54,446 nt of DNA, filler included, from Catajapyx aquilonaris (GCA_000934665.2; 3 parts of 3 records of this genome joined end to end with filler, not necessarily neighbours in it); one strand, 5' to 3'. Shown: positions 22,407-35,742, numbered from the whole stretch's first letter. Numbers and translations are program-made. Notes: generated by a model from the letters alone, not told the origin.

Positions 22407-22816
22407 CAGGGTTCGGAAATTTAATCTACCGTCACTTTGGGAAATGATAGAGGGGTTCTAGGTGATAGATGCATAGTTGCCGAGATAATTAGCATTAAAT
22501 AAAAAGTGCATTATCTCAGCTTATAGGTTTCGGATACTGCTTACGACACTTCCGTCGCCTATAGGACACTCCCTGGTACACTTAGCAGGATGGTAAATTT
22601 AAATTAAATTACATGGTAACAACTTAAATTTAAATGAAAAAGGTAAGTTCGCGTGTAGGGACTCATACGTGCCAGGATATTTCATACCTTGTGTGCGAAG
22701 CACATTATCTTGGTAACTATGCGTCGGAGACCCATGTTGCATATACCTCAAAGTGATCGCCTGGGAACCCCTCCATCATTTCCCACAGCGACGGTAGAAT
22801 AAATTTCCGAACCATG
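22407..22816. mobile_element. Tc1/mariner-like MITE
   Basis: TA-cagggttcggaaatttaatctaccgtc... with a ~55-bp imperfect inverted copy at the right end. Confidence 0.7.
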
Positions 22817-24299
22817 CAATCATGCATGTACTCGTCATCAATCATACTCGTATATAAAAATAGCTATTCTCACGAACTCTCCACATATATATTTCACACA
22901 GACATTGCGCAGCTAGTGAATCAGCACCTACATGCTGCAATGAATGAGCAAAAAATGCTCTTCGGTCAGTTTCAGTCTAATAACTCCGGCTAAAAAAATT
23001 CAACTAATATTTTCTGCATGTTAATGCTCGTATACTGTAAGATGCAAAATCTTATTAATCGTTACAGTTTAAAAAGGTAAAGTGAACTGAGATGCAGTAA
23101 TTATGTAATGGTTAACGCGTTAATGGCTGTTCTCCACGAACTGCCATTGTTACGTATACCGGTACCCATATTGTAGTGCCAATATGATTACTTTGACCAC
23201 TTTGCTTAAAATGATATAACCTACCGAAATGTTATCATACTGCATAATATGAGTTATTGTATTTCATAACTTCACTTGCAATTGCGTGATGACCGTAATT
23301 CGTACACCCGTGGAGGACCGAGCCACCCTTCGTGTTACGTCCTTCGAAACCTCTTTCAAGCACATTTACATTTCTTTCTGAAGTATGCAATCTAAGTTTG
23401 TTATTCGTTTGGCGAAACACATTCCAGTGACTAGCTTGCAGTACCTGCATTAATTAATTTGAAGCAGTTGTAGAAATTATGACTACTACAAAAATACAGG
23501 CTCTAACAAGTGCCAGATTTTGAAATGCAGCTTATACTGTATACTGTACGTGAATCTTGGAGGGACAGCAAGCTATTCTGCATAATTCGCATTATAAAAC
23601 AATGAGTGCTCGAAGGATGCATCGGATTGCATTTTTCGCTTTTTTTCAAGTGTCGTTGCTATGAACTAGTGAAGAAACATGCAGAGCTGTGTTAATATGA
23701 TTTTATTACATTGTACAGTATTTTTTTAAAAAAAAAATCTTATATTAGAAGGCGTCCTTCTGCAGTGTTCTCATTAATGTGCGTCAGGCTTTCTGTAGTT
23801 TCATAGCACAGCGATTTTTATGTAAGGTTTGTTAATTTTATATGGGGTGTTTCGGTGTAGTTGAAGGTCCATTAAGGAATGGAGACGGGGGATAGATTTG
23901 ATAGATCCGAATTCGAACTCCATCAGTCCAGAGTAGCGTTAGTTGTAAAGGCCTGGAAGAAACCGGATTTTATGGGGAGAGTGACGTTTTTCCTGGTTGT
24001 TTTCCGAGGCACATTCGGTTTATAATTTTTTCTGAAGGCCTGGAAAATTTCATTTAAATATTTCGCAAATTATATTTATTTTCCAATATATCACATAGAA
24101 AATAATGTGATAATGTGATGAAAGCTCTCACATAAAATCGTCATATTTCAATTTCTATGATTTATGTTGATTTATGTCAATCCATTCGGTGCATGGCTGT
24201 TGGACTGAGAGGTCGTAAGAGTGGATGTTCCATCACCAACATGGCTCAACACCGGAGACTCATTTTTACATAGATTTTACATAGTTTTTATATTATTTT

Positions 24300-24532
24300 T
24301 TGTATACTTATATGTGTGTATTGCGCGTGTGTTTGTGTATCTGTATGTATTCATGTCATCCTTTTCATTATCATCTTATTCATTATATCCTCTGCGTGGC
24401 CTGACCAGTCACCAGAGGATTCATTATACTGGTCGTTCGAGATGGTCAGGTGGACTGTACCTGGTCATCGCTGGTAACCCCATCTTGATGGGAATATGCC
24501 GTGAAGGAAATGAAATGAAATGAAATGAAATG
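24300..24532 (+). mobile_element. Probable LINE 3' UTR ending in a (GAAAT)n tail
   Basis: A GC-richer block ends in five GAAAT units (24508-24532), a typical tandem-repeat LINE tail. Confidence 0.45.
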
Positions 24533-25021
24533 ATATATGTTTGCCATCAGCTTATGCAGAAAGCTAATTTGTGTGAGTTGCAGAACCTTTTCAATAGCTC
24601 TGCATGATGTATATCATTAATATTACTATTGTGGCAAATGATTGATTGCTTACAGCTGGTTTGAAAACTGATGCACCTGTTGTATTAGAAATGTGTTACC
24701 ATGCTTTAACAATGTAATTTTGAATATGGATATGAGAAACGAGGGTAAGAGGACGCGGTCGGGCAAGAGTACGCATAGGCAGTTTGAACAATAATATTGG
24801 CAACACAGAGAATAATCGCGGCAATGGGCTGTTGTTCGGCAAGATAAGAGCTGCATATCAATCGTTGTTGCATTGGGATCGCACGTAAGTCAAACCCGTA
24901 AGTTCAAAGTCATAACAGGGGGGTATGTGTGTTTAAGCCAGCCGCAGCCCCAGGACACCACCTCTACTGTTCTTATCTTATCGCCTGCCGCTCTCAGGTG
25001 AGCACCTCCTGCAAAACGCCC

Positions 25022-25291
25022 CGTTTTGCAGGAGGTGCTCACCTGAGAGCGCCATGAGACCTTTCACTGCATTGTTATGTGGCGACCCTACCGGACTACG
25101 CTGAACTTTATAGGTACAAAAAGGAAGCGCTACATTGGGGGACCCAACATGGTCGCCGGCGGCCATGTTGGGCCCGCATGTAGCGGCTTCTCTTCTACCT
25201 AAGTTCAGCGTAGTCCGGTAGGGTCCCCACGTAACAGTGCAGTGAAAGGTGTCATGGCGCTCTCAGGTGAGCACCTCATGCAAAACGCCCC
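25022..25291. mobile_element. Foldback MITE with ~130-bp arms
   Basis: cgttttgcaggaggtgctcacctgagagcgccatg... is mirrored around the centre caacatggtcgccggcggccatgttg. Confidence 0.8.
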
Positions 25292-25617
25292 GACAGGGGG
25301 TAGGTGTGAGTGTCCAGACCTTAGTATTCTATGACTATGGTTTAAACCATTGGGCTCTTATTTTGTAAAGTTGAAACTCTTCTGAAACATATAGGCCCAA
25401 CATGTGTGTTGTATTTGTAGCAGTGTAAAGCTTGTTTGTTGAGCTGCATAATGGCGTGGGTGAGAATCGTTCTTCTGGAAGGTGCTGCGACTGCTACCAG
25501 CTATATTAGTAAATGTAAACCAAAGTTAAGGGGGGGGGGGGCGCAAGAGTACGCGTGTCATCCATTTGCTACAATACCAGTAGACTATCTTATAATTCGC
25601 CCCTCCTCCCCCCTTTG

Positions 25618-25835
25618 AGAAAAAGAAAAGCTGAAGAAAGGAAAATAAAATAGACAAAACTAACAAAGACTCTGTCTAAGCGATCTTTAAATTTTGGTTT
25701 TTGTATAGTTCAGCAACTAACGTACGGTGTTGAACTACAAAAACCAAAATTTAAAGCTCGCTATTAGACAGCTTCTTTGCGCTTCTTTGTTAGTATTGTC
25801 TATTTTCTTTTCCTTTCTTCAGCTTTTCTTTTTCT
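25618..25835. repeat. AT-rich long inverted repeat
   Basis: gaaaagctgaagaaaggaaaa...aaattttggtttttgta is mirrored around ~25722. Confidence 0.85.
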
Positions 25836-26941
25836 TCTTCTTCATGTTCTACGCCCTCCCTGCATGGTCTGTGGGGAGACGTTTCCAGACGACTGTGGGT
25901 AAATTTCGGGAGTGGTTGCATGGGGCCTGTTCTGGCTATGAGGGTATTGGCCCTTTTATTTGTGACTGAGTTGTTAGGTGCGAACTCCTAGCCTACCTCA
26001 ATAGTACTCTTGGCCTCCACGTCGGACAAGAGTACGCAAGTATCCTCAACGAGGATTTTTTAATCTCAGAATTCCTTTGGTTTTTCTTGCATTTTCACTT
26101 CTCATTATTATTTTGATATAATGTACGGTCATCATTATACCCAGCTCTTGCAAATTAGATGGAAAATAAAATATTTATGAAGAAAAATAAATAAGGTGCG
26201 TATACTCTTACCCTCCTTTCCCATATTCATATTTTTTTTAAAAAAGCATTTACTGTAGGCCTATGCCTTGAGATTGGGCTCCATATAAGCACCATTTGAA
26301 CATGAAAGTTTTACATATTTTGCACATGCTGCCAAAGACCTTTAGTTACTACAGGACACACCAGCATGTCGATTTAAAAAAAATTAAAACCGTGTTAAAA
26401 TATTTTGTAACATAATATATTGAACAGTGATGTGTAAATTATATATGAACTGCAGTCTAACGCGTAATCTCATAAAGGGGTGTAGCAGGTGTTCATCTAG
26501 AACGCGTTATAAAAACCTACACTCCTTAACGCTGAAAATGTCTTGAAAATGGCAGAAAATGCTATTGACACCAGCCAGGCTAGTTGTACAGCTGGTTTCT
26601 GATGCATGCAATCTGGGGTAATGTTTTTTCTTAGTTAGGAGAAGGGTGTGGTAAGCAGCGCATTAATATTTCATAAATTTCGCGATTTTCATAAAATAAA
26701 ACCACTTGTAGCCTACAGTACCAATCGGGATACCTGTATACTCCAGTGCTACTGAAAAAAGCACGGAGTTATTTATGGTTATTAATTTTCTCGCCGAATT
26801 TAAACTGTTCCAATATCCCTGATAGATAATAATGAAGATGACGTCACAGCTTAAATTCGTTGAGAAAATTAATACCGGCAACAAGTATGAATTTAACCTT
26901 GTGCGACTAGAACAGAGAGTCTATATTCGTCGGAGAGATTG

Positions 26942-26942
26942 A

Positions 26943-27010
<68 letters not shown>
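26942..27010. repeat. (AAT)n microsatellite
   Basis: Pure run, 35 nt upstream of the acceptor of the first coding exon of the CPT gene. Confidence 0.95.
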
Positions 27011-27011
<1 letters not shown>

Positions 27012-27063
27012 TGTACTAATAATATAACTTACTTTTCCTTTTCAGGGTTGCGCAAGGTTCGAC

Positions 27064-30000
27064 ATGAAAGAGAAAGGTGAAGAGCAAATAATGACCATGA
27101 AACCTGTTCGCAAGAGAAAGTCATGGGCAGGATGGTATCTACGGACAAGGTTTGTGTCGCAATCTAGATACTGTACTTATGAATGATAAGTGTGTCAGTC
27201 AACATACATATAGGTATGGAACTGTATTTCCATTGATTCGATTAATGACGTGAATCAAGTGCTGTGCCGACCCTCACAAAAATAATTATACAAACAACAT
27301 ACAGCAAAGTATGCAGAGTCGGCGGACGAATGATACAGTATAATAATTATAATGATCCTCTCTGTTAATGGCTTCGGAAATCATGCGTTTGTATAACACA
27401 AAAAAGAGAGTTTATTCAGGTTCAAGTTTTCTCGAATTTACCACGGAATTTAACAATTAAATTCAAATGCAAAGACCTATAGTGATCGCAACTTGTCTAG
27501 GACAGCGACAACTCTTTGTGCACGCTCCCATTGTGTTGTTTTGAGGGAACTGTTGTGCGTGGAAAGGAATTGTGCGAGCGCCCTTGAATTGTTTCACGGG
27601 GGTGGAAAGAAGTGAAAATGTTCCTTCCCATTAGGGAGAAACTCTCAGCCCTGATTTAAGAGGCCACTTCTTGCGATCCAGGAACTTGCTGGTTTTCCAC
27701 GAGTATGTTATGGACAATGTATAACGACCACAATACTCGTATTATTTACTGACTTCATTGAGGAGTTCACCAGTTGTGTCCTTTGTGTGTCAATTATTTT
27801 TGCATCTGCTTTTCACAAACATATGTCAAACATTCCACCGATGCCATTGGTGGAGTGTTCATGAAACCCAATGGATCCAATGAAATCCGGGCGATACTGT
27901 ACGTGTTGAGAAGGATTAATAATAATCTCTACGCGGTATGTGATTGGGGGATATGTTACAGACTTTTGTTTTTAACAATGATGACTGCGTTAAAGGTTCC
28001 CAACTACATTTTGGGAAAAAACGTTCCTTCCACCCTGTACTTTGCTTTTATGCGTTGACGGCCTCTGTTCATCTTAATGAGAAAGACACATTTGAGGATC
28101 CATAGGTTTTTCTATTATTTTGATTGGTGATGTGCCCATGACTGTAGGAAATATGGAATAATGTGATGTTTAAAATGTATGCAATAAATTCACAGGATAT
28201 TAGAACGTTTTGAAATTCCCCGTAAAAAAAACATTGAGTCAATGAGAGAATTCTCTCTTATAATTTTTACTATAAATCTTGGACATTATTTTCTTACAGA
28301 CTTCCACTATACTGAATTTTGATGAAGCTTTTATAGATTTTTCCCACTGGGCACCCCCCTTGGCCTTTATATTTAAGTTATGGATCGTCCACAGCCGAAA
28401 CTAAAAACGAAATCAGGCAATGACGTGAGATCTAGTTGTATGCAGGTATTGAACCCACAGCACTTCTTCCAATCCCCGACCTTGGTGCATGGAGTATATA
28501 GGCACGAAATGCGAATTAATTATGTGAGTGTGGGTGGAATTTTCATGATACTGCTAGTTACTGCTAAGTTAGAAGTGACTAGCAGTGGGGAGAAAATTCG
28601 ACTCGCAGTAACTTATAGCCTCTTACTAATATTGTTACTAATCTCTACACATTAGAATTTTTTTAGGTAAGTTATAGCCTATACGATAGCACCACAATAA
28701 TTATTAAAAGAGATGATGGGTGAGAGATGGTGCTAATAATGACCTTATCACCATGTTTTTCAGAAATTCATTGAGTAATTACATATGGCCATGTTCGAGC
28801 CGGACCTTCGTAGGAGTCTTTACAATTTGGTTTGTCCTCTTGCTAGTAGAGACTGAACCGCATTCAGCTGTTGGTAAACTTATCTGGAAGATTGGGAATG
28901 AGTTCAACAGTGATGAAAGTAAGTTGCAGTTGGCTTTTGTAGTTGTCTTTATCTGTGTGTTACTTACAAAACCTGGTGATGTTACAGATTTACCCAAATG
29001 GAGCGTGGCCTTTATTAACGCAGTGCCAGTGTCTATTGTTTCCTTCTTCATCCTGGTTAAGGCTAGACAACTATTCATGCGTTTCTTGTTTTCATATCGC
29101 AGATGGATGTGTAAGTATTGTAGGCTATATATTTTTATATAAGTTTACTTTCCTGACCTCCAATATTGCTACTATACACTTCTGCACTACAAGAGGGTTA
29201 GATTGAGGCGGAAACTTTGAGCGCTAACCCAAGCTCTTTACTTGTCATTCATTCCAAAAATTCCTAGAGATTCAAGTGGTACTATATCATTCTAGAGTAA
29301 CGCATGCATGCTTTTGTTTTACCAGATGAATCACCCAAAACGTTCTCGCTGATGACAAAAGTTTGGTACTTTCTGGTGCGGATCACGGGAAACCCAACAC
29401 AATCATTGCTCAGCTACCAACTGTCATTGCCGCGAATGCCTGTCCCGTCCCTGCACAGCACGATAGGTAAATACGAGGTATATAGAGGGGTTATACCATA
29501 TAGCATTATTCAACTTCGTCCCTTATTCGTTCACGGACATTTCATATGATGGAATTCCCAATTGAATGATATTACATCCAAAGGATAACTTTGTCCAAAG
29601 ACTTTTCCTTGAATACACCTTTTCATCCAAGTGACATTTTTTCAAAATCGTGAAATATAACTGCAGGGTTCTTGAGTTCCACGGAAGTCATATGACTGCC
29701 GAGGAAAGACGTGCCTCAGGACTCGACACCTTTGAAATTCATTGCATTGGTGTGAGGACACGGCGGAAAATCCTACCTGGGGCAACGCACTTACAAAGCT
29801 GCCTAAGAATACTAAGGTCTGGTCACTCATTTTTATCGCCTGAAATTGAAAAGAAAACCTGGCCCTCAACAGGTTAAATAAATAAACTCTTCCTAATAAT
29901 TGTTCACTAAGGATAGATCATTCCTCACAAAATGGGATGTGAAGTCATCAGGAATTCGTGTATAAACATTACTTACTCACATATAGATCTAAATTAATAT

Positions 30001-30293
30001 TAATCATAATCATAATCAACATCGACGGGATGTTGTCGGACAAAATGCCTTTAGAGTTTAGACGAAAAGGTATATTGGAAGAGAATTCCTGTGGAAAAAA
30101 TGCCCTTGGACAGAAAAGTTTGGACGAATAGTATGGCTTGGGTAAAAATTCAGTCATACGAAAATAATGTCTTGGACGAAATTTTTGTTGACGACATGTT
30201 TTGGATGTAGCCCACAGTATGAGTGTATTTGGAAGAAGTACTAGGATTGTATAACCATATAAGATTATATTCCGATGGCTTATTACGGATACC

Positions 30294-30334
<41 letters not shown>

Positions 30335-33300
30335 GCCGCATTGTTGTTGTAGTTATATTCAAATGTATACGCACACTGTGTCAAAGCATTATTTCATAAA
30401 TTTGCAGTTGACGCGAAATGTTGTTGAGCAAAATTTATTTCAAATCTAGCGTGATTTTAATTCTCCCTTAAATAAAGGTTTTAATGCTTGTTCTTTAGCC
30501 AAATTGACAACAGTGTTTTTCCAATATTCACGGGACTGTACTTTCTCAGAAAAATGGTTGCAAAGTCAAGCTGCACTTTGCAAGTGTCCAGAATTGGAAA
30601 AGCTGGAGCAGGAAGCTTCCGAGTTTGAAAGGAAGGTGGGCTGGAAACTGCAGTTGATGTTGCATATCCGAAGTTGGTTGACAGTCAACTACGTTCGGGA
30701 CTTATGGTGAGCATATTGAGGAATGTTAGAATTCCGAATTAATTTTGGGGTGAATATTGTGTATTTTTAATTGCTTTTGCTTCTTGAAGGAATAAAATAA
30801 AACCGACATATGACAATAATGGAAATTATTATGTTATATTTTTGGGGCAAAGAGTGAAATTTAACCTTTGTCATATGGCACCACCTCTTCACAACATTCC
30901 CCAACATCAAAATCCTAATTCCTTGATCATTTCATTAAAGTAGCTATTTTTAAATCAACAGGGACAAGTACCTGTACCTGAGCTGCCGGAGTGCTTTACC
31001 TCATAGTAGCAACTATGGTGCACTTGGTAATTGCTACTGGAGTGCATCAACGAATCAGATAGCTCGAGCGGCTGGCCTAGCCTCTCTGTTTTTAGAGTTC
31101 AAACGGCTGGTGGACCGAGAAGAGTTACCACCCTTAGTAGTTCAAAATACTGTGCCATTGTGCATGGAACAATACACTAAACTCTTCTCTGTCACACGGT
31201 AAGTAGGCCCCTACTCTAAATATAAAGCGATTCTGCTAGAACAAGATAGCCACCTGCTTGTAAGAATAAATAACGTACTGCTTAATGATGCCTGATTACT
31301 TGTCGCCATTTTCAGAATACCTGGAAAGAAGGAGGACAAGCTACTGTGTACCAAGGACTCTCAGCACATCATTGTGATAGCAAAAGGACGCTATTACAAA
31401 GTTAATGTGTATGACTCACAGAACAGGCAGTTGCATCCGGCCGTCTTGGAGGAGCAACTTAGGCGAATTTGGATGGACGCCTCGCAACAATCAGGTGAGT
31501 GATGCTGTGGCTTTAATAAATTGGAATTCCCAATTGGAATTGGAAATGGAGAGTGGACATAATTATTCGAGTCCACCCACATCTTCAAATCAATATAGGG
31601 TGGCTTTGGAACGGTAATATAGAATTGGTAATAGAATTAGGTAATTTGGAATACCTGCTAGGAATAAAGGAGAATCAGCCTGTCGATCATGGGAATTCAG
31701 AGATTAGTATGAGAAAAAAGAGAACTCTGCTTGTACATAAATCTTGGATTTAGTCTTTAGTGGGAATCAAGGAAACACTGCAATGATCAGTGTATTTGTT
31801 CAGAACATTTATTTATTCTGTTCAGGAGTATCGGTCAGTCATTTCTATGCATCTTATATACAGTATAGGCTATAGGGCTATAACTTATCTGAATAATCAC
31901 AAATAAAAGTAAATGAAATTTTGTGCCTTGGAAAACTCACAGCGTTGAATGTTATTTTCAGAATCATCACAGCATGCCATAGCCACCTGTACTGCCTTAC
32001 CTCGCACAGAATGGGCTGAAATACGCTCCCAGTATTTTTCTACTGGAGTGAACAAAAGCAGCCTGGATGCCATAGAAACGGCAATCTTTGTTGTGGTACT
32101 CAGTTCAGAAACTCCAGACACCCTCACTGATCGTGGGCGTTGGCTGATCTGTGGTGACAACAAGTCGATTTGGTACGACAAGTCCTTCAATGTGGTTGTG
32201 TTTGCCAATGGTCAAGCTGGACTCAACGTGGAACATGCTCCGGCTGATGGGCTGCCACTGGCTCACATGTGGGAATATGCGCTTTGCAAGGAGTAAGTAC
32301 GCAAGGTGCAGGGGTGAGCTTATGTATGCAGTGTGATGCTTACATTTTGGTTGGCGCATTATTGTAGGATCCTGACGAGAATTTACAGCGAGGAGGGTCA
32401 CTGCGTGCCACCGTTGCGCCACTTGATGCAACAAAAGGTCACTGAACCAGCGCTTTTGACCTGGGAAGTGTCGGATGAGCTCTCCGAGAAAATAGGCAAA
32501 GCCGTGAAATATGCAGAAAAGGTGTGCTTTTATTTCTCTACAAACTCTCTAAAGTAATTCAACCCAATTCAACTTTCCCTACACCTGAAAGAGTTATTAC
32601 TTTGCTTTATAGAATAGTAAACATAAACATTTACACAATAATTGTATACCGTATGATGATATTACCACATATTTCATCGCAATGATATTTACAGTTCTTT
32701 AGTCAATAGTTAGGATCCATTATTGTACCTGCAATATTGTCAGGATGTTACATACGTATCTTAAATGTAAGTTTCAATGACCCAAATGAATTTGATTCAT
32801 CAGCAAGGATAAAGATGGACACTTGCTTGGAGGTTGGTTATTTCTTGTTGCAGAATTCAGATGACTTTCACCTGGAAGTAGCGGATTTCAAGAAATTTGG
32901 AAAGGGGTTCATGAAGCAATGCAAAGTGAGTCCAGACGCCTTCATCCAACTGGGCATCCAGTTAGCTTACTTCAAAGACACTGGACGATTTGTTGATACG
33001 TATGAGTCGAGCGTAACACGATTGTTTGCGATGGGAAGAACCGAAACAGTCCGTTCGTGCACCGTAGAGGCTGCCCAGTTTGTTCGGTTTGTTCTATTTT
33101 TTTCATGATATGGACTACGGGTGTGTGAGTCTACACATTCACGTAAATTCATATTGAACTTCTCGTTTCAGGGCCATGGTTGACACAACTCTTAGCGCAC
33201 CTGAAAAGTTGAAGTTCTTTCTAGATGCCGTGAACAAACATCAGAACATATATAGAGATGCCATGAATGGACTTGGAATTGATCGCCACCTGTTTGCCCT

Positions 33301-33799
33301 CTATGTGCTTTCTATATACATGGGATATGTAAGTACTGTAATGGTAACACCAAAGTTGTAGAAGACTAGATATAAATTGGATTTATACTCATTCTTGCAG
33401 AAGAGCAAGTTTCTGGAGAGTGTGGTCACAAAACCATGGATTCTTTCCACTAGTCAGACACCACAGCATCAGATGTCCGACATTTTGGATCCGAACATTG
33501 AATTTATGCAAGAGAAGGTGCGTGGCTTTTGATGCTATGAATATCCTTATCTTACCATGGTTTGTCACTTTCAGTCAGCTGTGGGAGGAAGCTTCAGTGC
33601 TGTGACACACAAAGGATACGGCATTTCATACATGGTGCCATCGGACCACAGGATCTTTTTCCATGTGTCGTCCTACAAGTCATGCCCTTCTACTGATTCA
33701 ACTCGCTTTATGAACTTGCTCTTGGAGAGCTTGCAAGAAATGCGGGACACCATTGAGAATGCCGTCAATGCGCAAGACGAGTATTGCTGTTCTGGGTGA
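27064..33799 (+). CDS. CPT1: Carnitine O-palmitoyltransferase 1-like carnitine acyltransferase, ~764 aa, 13 coding exons
   Basis: Exons 27064-27149, 28764-28918, 28988-29110, 29326-29466, 30550-30706, 30962-31198, 31316-31494, 31962-32292, 32368-32521, 32854-33086, 33172-33328, 33401-33517 and 33575-33799, all GT-AG and phase-consistent. It has two N-terminal hydrophobic segments and the motifs [14 protein letters not shown], catalytic [41 protein letters not shown] and GYGISY. The sequence is divergent, so it may be a paralog rather than the canonical ortholog. Confidence 0.9.
29489..30256. mobile_element. Degenerate TIR element with subterminal tandem motifs (MULE-like) in a CPT intron
   Basis: Ends ggttatac/gtataacc; TCCAA-type motifs on the left are mirrored by repeated TTGGAC(G)AA on the right. 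Confidence 0.4.
30293..30333. repeat. (CAT)n microsatellite
   Basis: Pure run. Confidence 0.9.
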
Positions 33800-35265
33800 C
33801 AAATTTGAATCCGTCGTTTGTGTGACGCAGCATTTTCTGCAATGTCGAAACAGAGGATGGGATGATGCAGCAATACAAAGGAAAATCACTAATTATGCAT
33901 GCCCTGTCTTTTTCCAAATAAGTACAGTTACAAAGTGTTTTTCTCTCAAATTTTTTTATCAACAAAATGGTACACTCTATGTGAGGGCCTTCACTGGTGC
34001 CTACGTCTGCACATACCACTGCATTCTAATGATGACTAGCATTGAAGTGCTCGGCTCACAAGTGCAATATAATTCTCTTATAGAAGTAAATTAACGATTG
34101 TTGTACTGGTGCACCGCAGATGCAATGAAGAACCCTACATCGTCCTGAATTCCAACTAAAGCCGTAGAATCCAGATATCTGACAAAAGGGCTGAGAGATG
34201 TATAAAAGTAATACTTTTCCACAAGTCCCAACCTCATTGATGCCAATGGCAAGTTTTGCAAAACTACTGGTATTTGGCAGTGCACCCCATCAGGAGAAAG
34301 CATATCACGTGATGTTACGGAGTACTGTACTTCAGTTAGGCTATTGTACAGTACATAGTTACTATAGATGAGTCGTATTATAGGAGAGAGATTGAGCCAT
34401 GCTATATCAAGGAATGCACGTACGTGTCAGGGCATGGAATAGGAATAAAGGCTCATTGACAGTGTATTGTACTATTATCGGGTTAAAAAGCAGTTCCTTA
34501 TTTTATCAAGCCACCACAATTTTGTGGAGAATTTTCTGTCCGGAGCAACGAAAAACTGTACAAGACAGCCCATAATTACAGCCTACCGATACCTTGCCTA
34601 TGGCTAAGCTGTTCATTCGTCCTTTTTACTGGTATTTTATTCAGTACTTATTATTATGACTGATTCCAGAATGAACGCTGTTTATTATAAGTTGACCTTA
34701 TTATCCTTGACTATGATGTGGTATATTTGCTCAAAAACCATAATAGTAGGTCTATGTAGCCTGATAAAGTACCAGTAGTTATGCAGGATTTTGATATGGA
34801 GACGTAATTAAGACTTAGCATGTGGTATGAAAAATATTATAACATTGCATTGTGGTGGAATATTAGCACTTGTAGTCCTACAGTACACTTCAAAGTTTTG
34901 ATAACAATTTCAATCAGAAAGATGGAGAAAATTTTTGGCATGTGACATGAAGCATCAATGATGTACGGTACGGGATTATTATTATTTATTTTAACATATT
35001 TACGTGACCTATGAAATTCATTTGCAGTCATGAAAGTCATTAAATCTACCCTGGTTGAAAGAAGCAGGCCTGTTTTCATGGAAATCGCCGAGCCTGTGTT
35101 TTACCAAACTCGTGAGAAGGAGAATTTTTGAGCGAATTCGAGACTTTTTAGCTTGAGCGATAAGCACCAGACCAATGGAGTTTGAGAATTGGCTTCTCAC
35201 AGTCGCTGACAATCAGGCTACGACCGACCTATTCTCGCACGATTGTGAACAGGAGTGAGAGTTAG

Positions 35266-35742
35266 CAGCGCCTGATTTTACGGCAAGGCAACCTATGCAG
35301 TTGCCTAGGGCAGCAGATTTCAAGGCATACAAAAAAAAAAAAAACTAAACGAAAAATTAATAGCCTACTAAATAATTACGTGACTGGAAGCAGCGCCGGA
35401 TTTACGATTGGCAGAGTAGGCAATTGCCTAGAGTCGGCCGCAAGTTGCAATAAATATTTTTCAAATAGGCTACAATAATAGTAAATAAAGGCGAAATCAT
35501 TATAAAATTTCAGAAATTTTGCCAGGGGGTTCCCAGCGCCGGATTTGCCACTAGGCAGAAAAGCCTAAGGGCGGCCGCCCTCCGGGGGCCATAAGTTGAA
35601 AGAGTTGGAATATAAATTTTGGTATAAAATAAAATTAAATGAAGGAGATAACTTGACAAAAAAATTGAACTTTTAAGCGGCATTGGGGGGGGGGGGGGNC
35701 TCAACTGCCTAGGGGTGGGCCCAGGGGGTAAATCCAGCACTG
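35266..35742 (+). mobile_element. hAT-type MITE
   Basis: Ends cagcgcctgattt / aaatccagcactg with a perfect 8-bp TSD agagttag (35258-35265, 35743-35750). Confidence 0.85.

Larger units (their letters stand above)
24723..26233. mobile_element. ~1.5-kb element with 29-bp TIRs containing nested palindromes
   Basis: aatatggatatgagaaacgagggtaagag versus the reverse complement of 26205-26233 gives 3 mismatches in 29. Confidence 0.55.

Noticed and set aside
34091..34303. 70-aa ORF convergent with the CPT gene
   Set aside because: It is short, with no recognisable homology or exon context.
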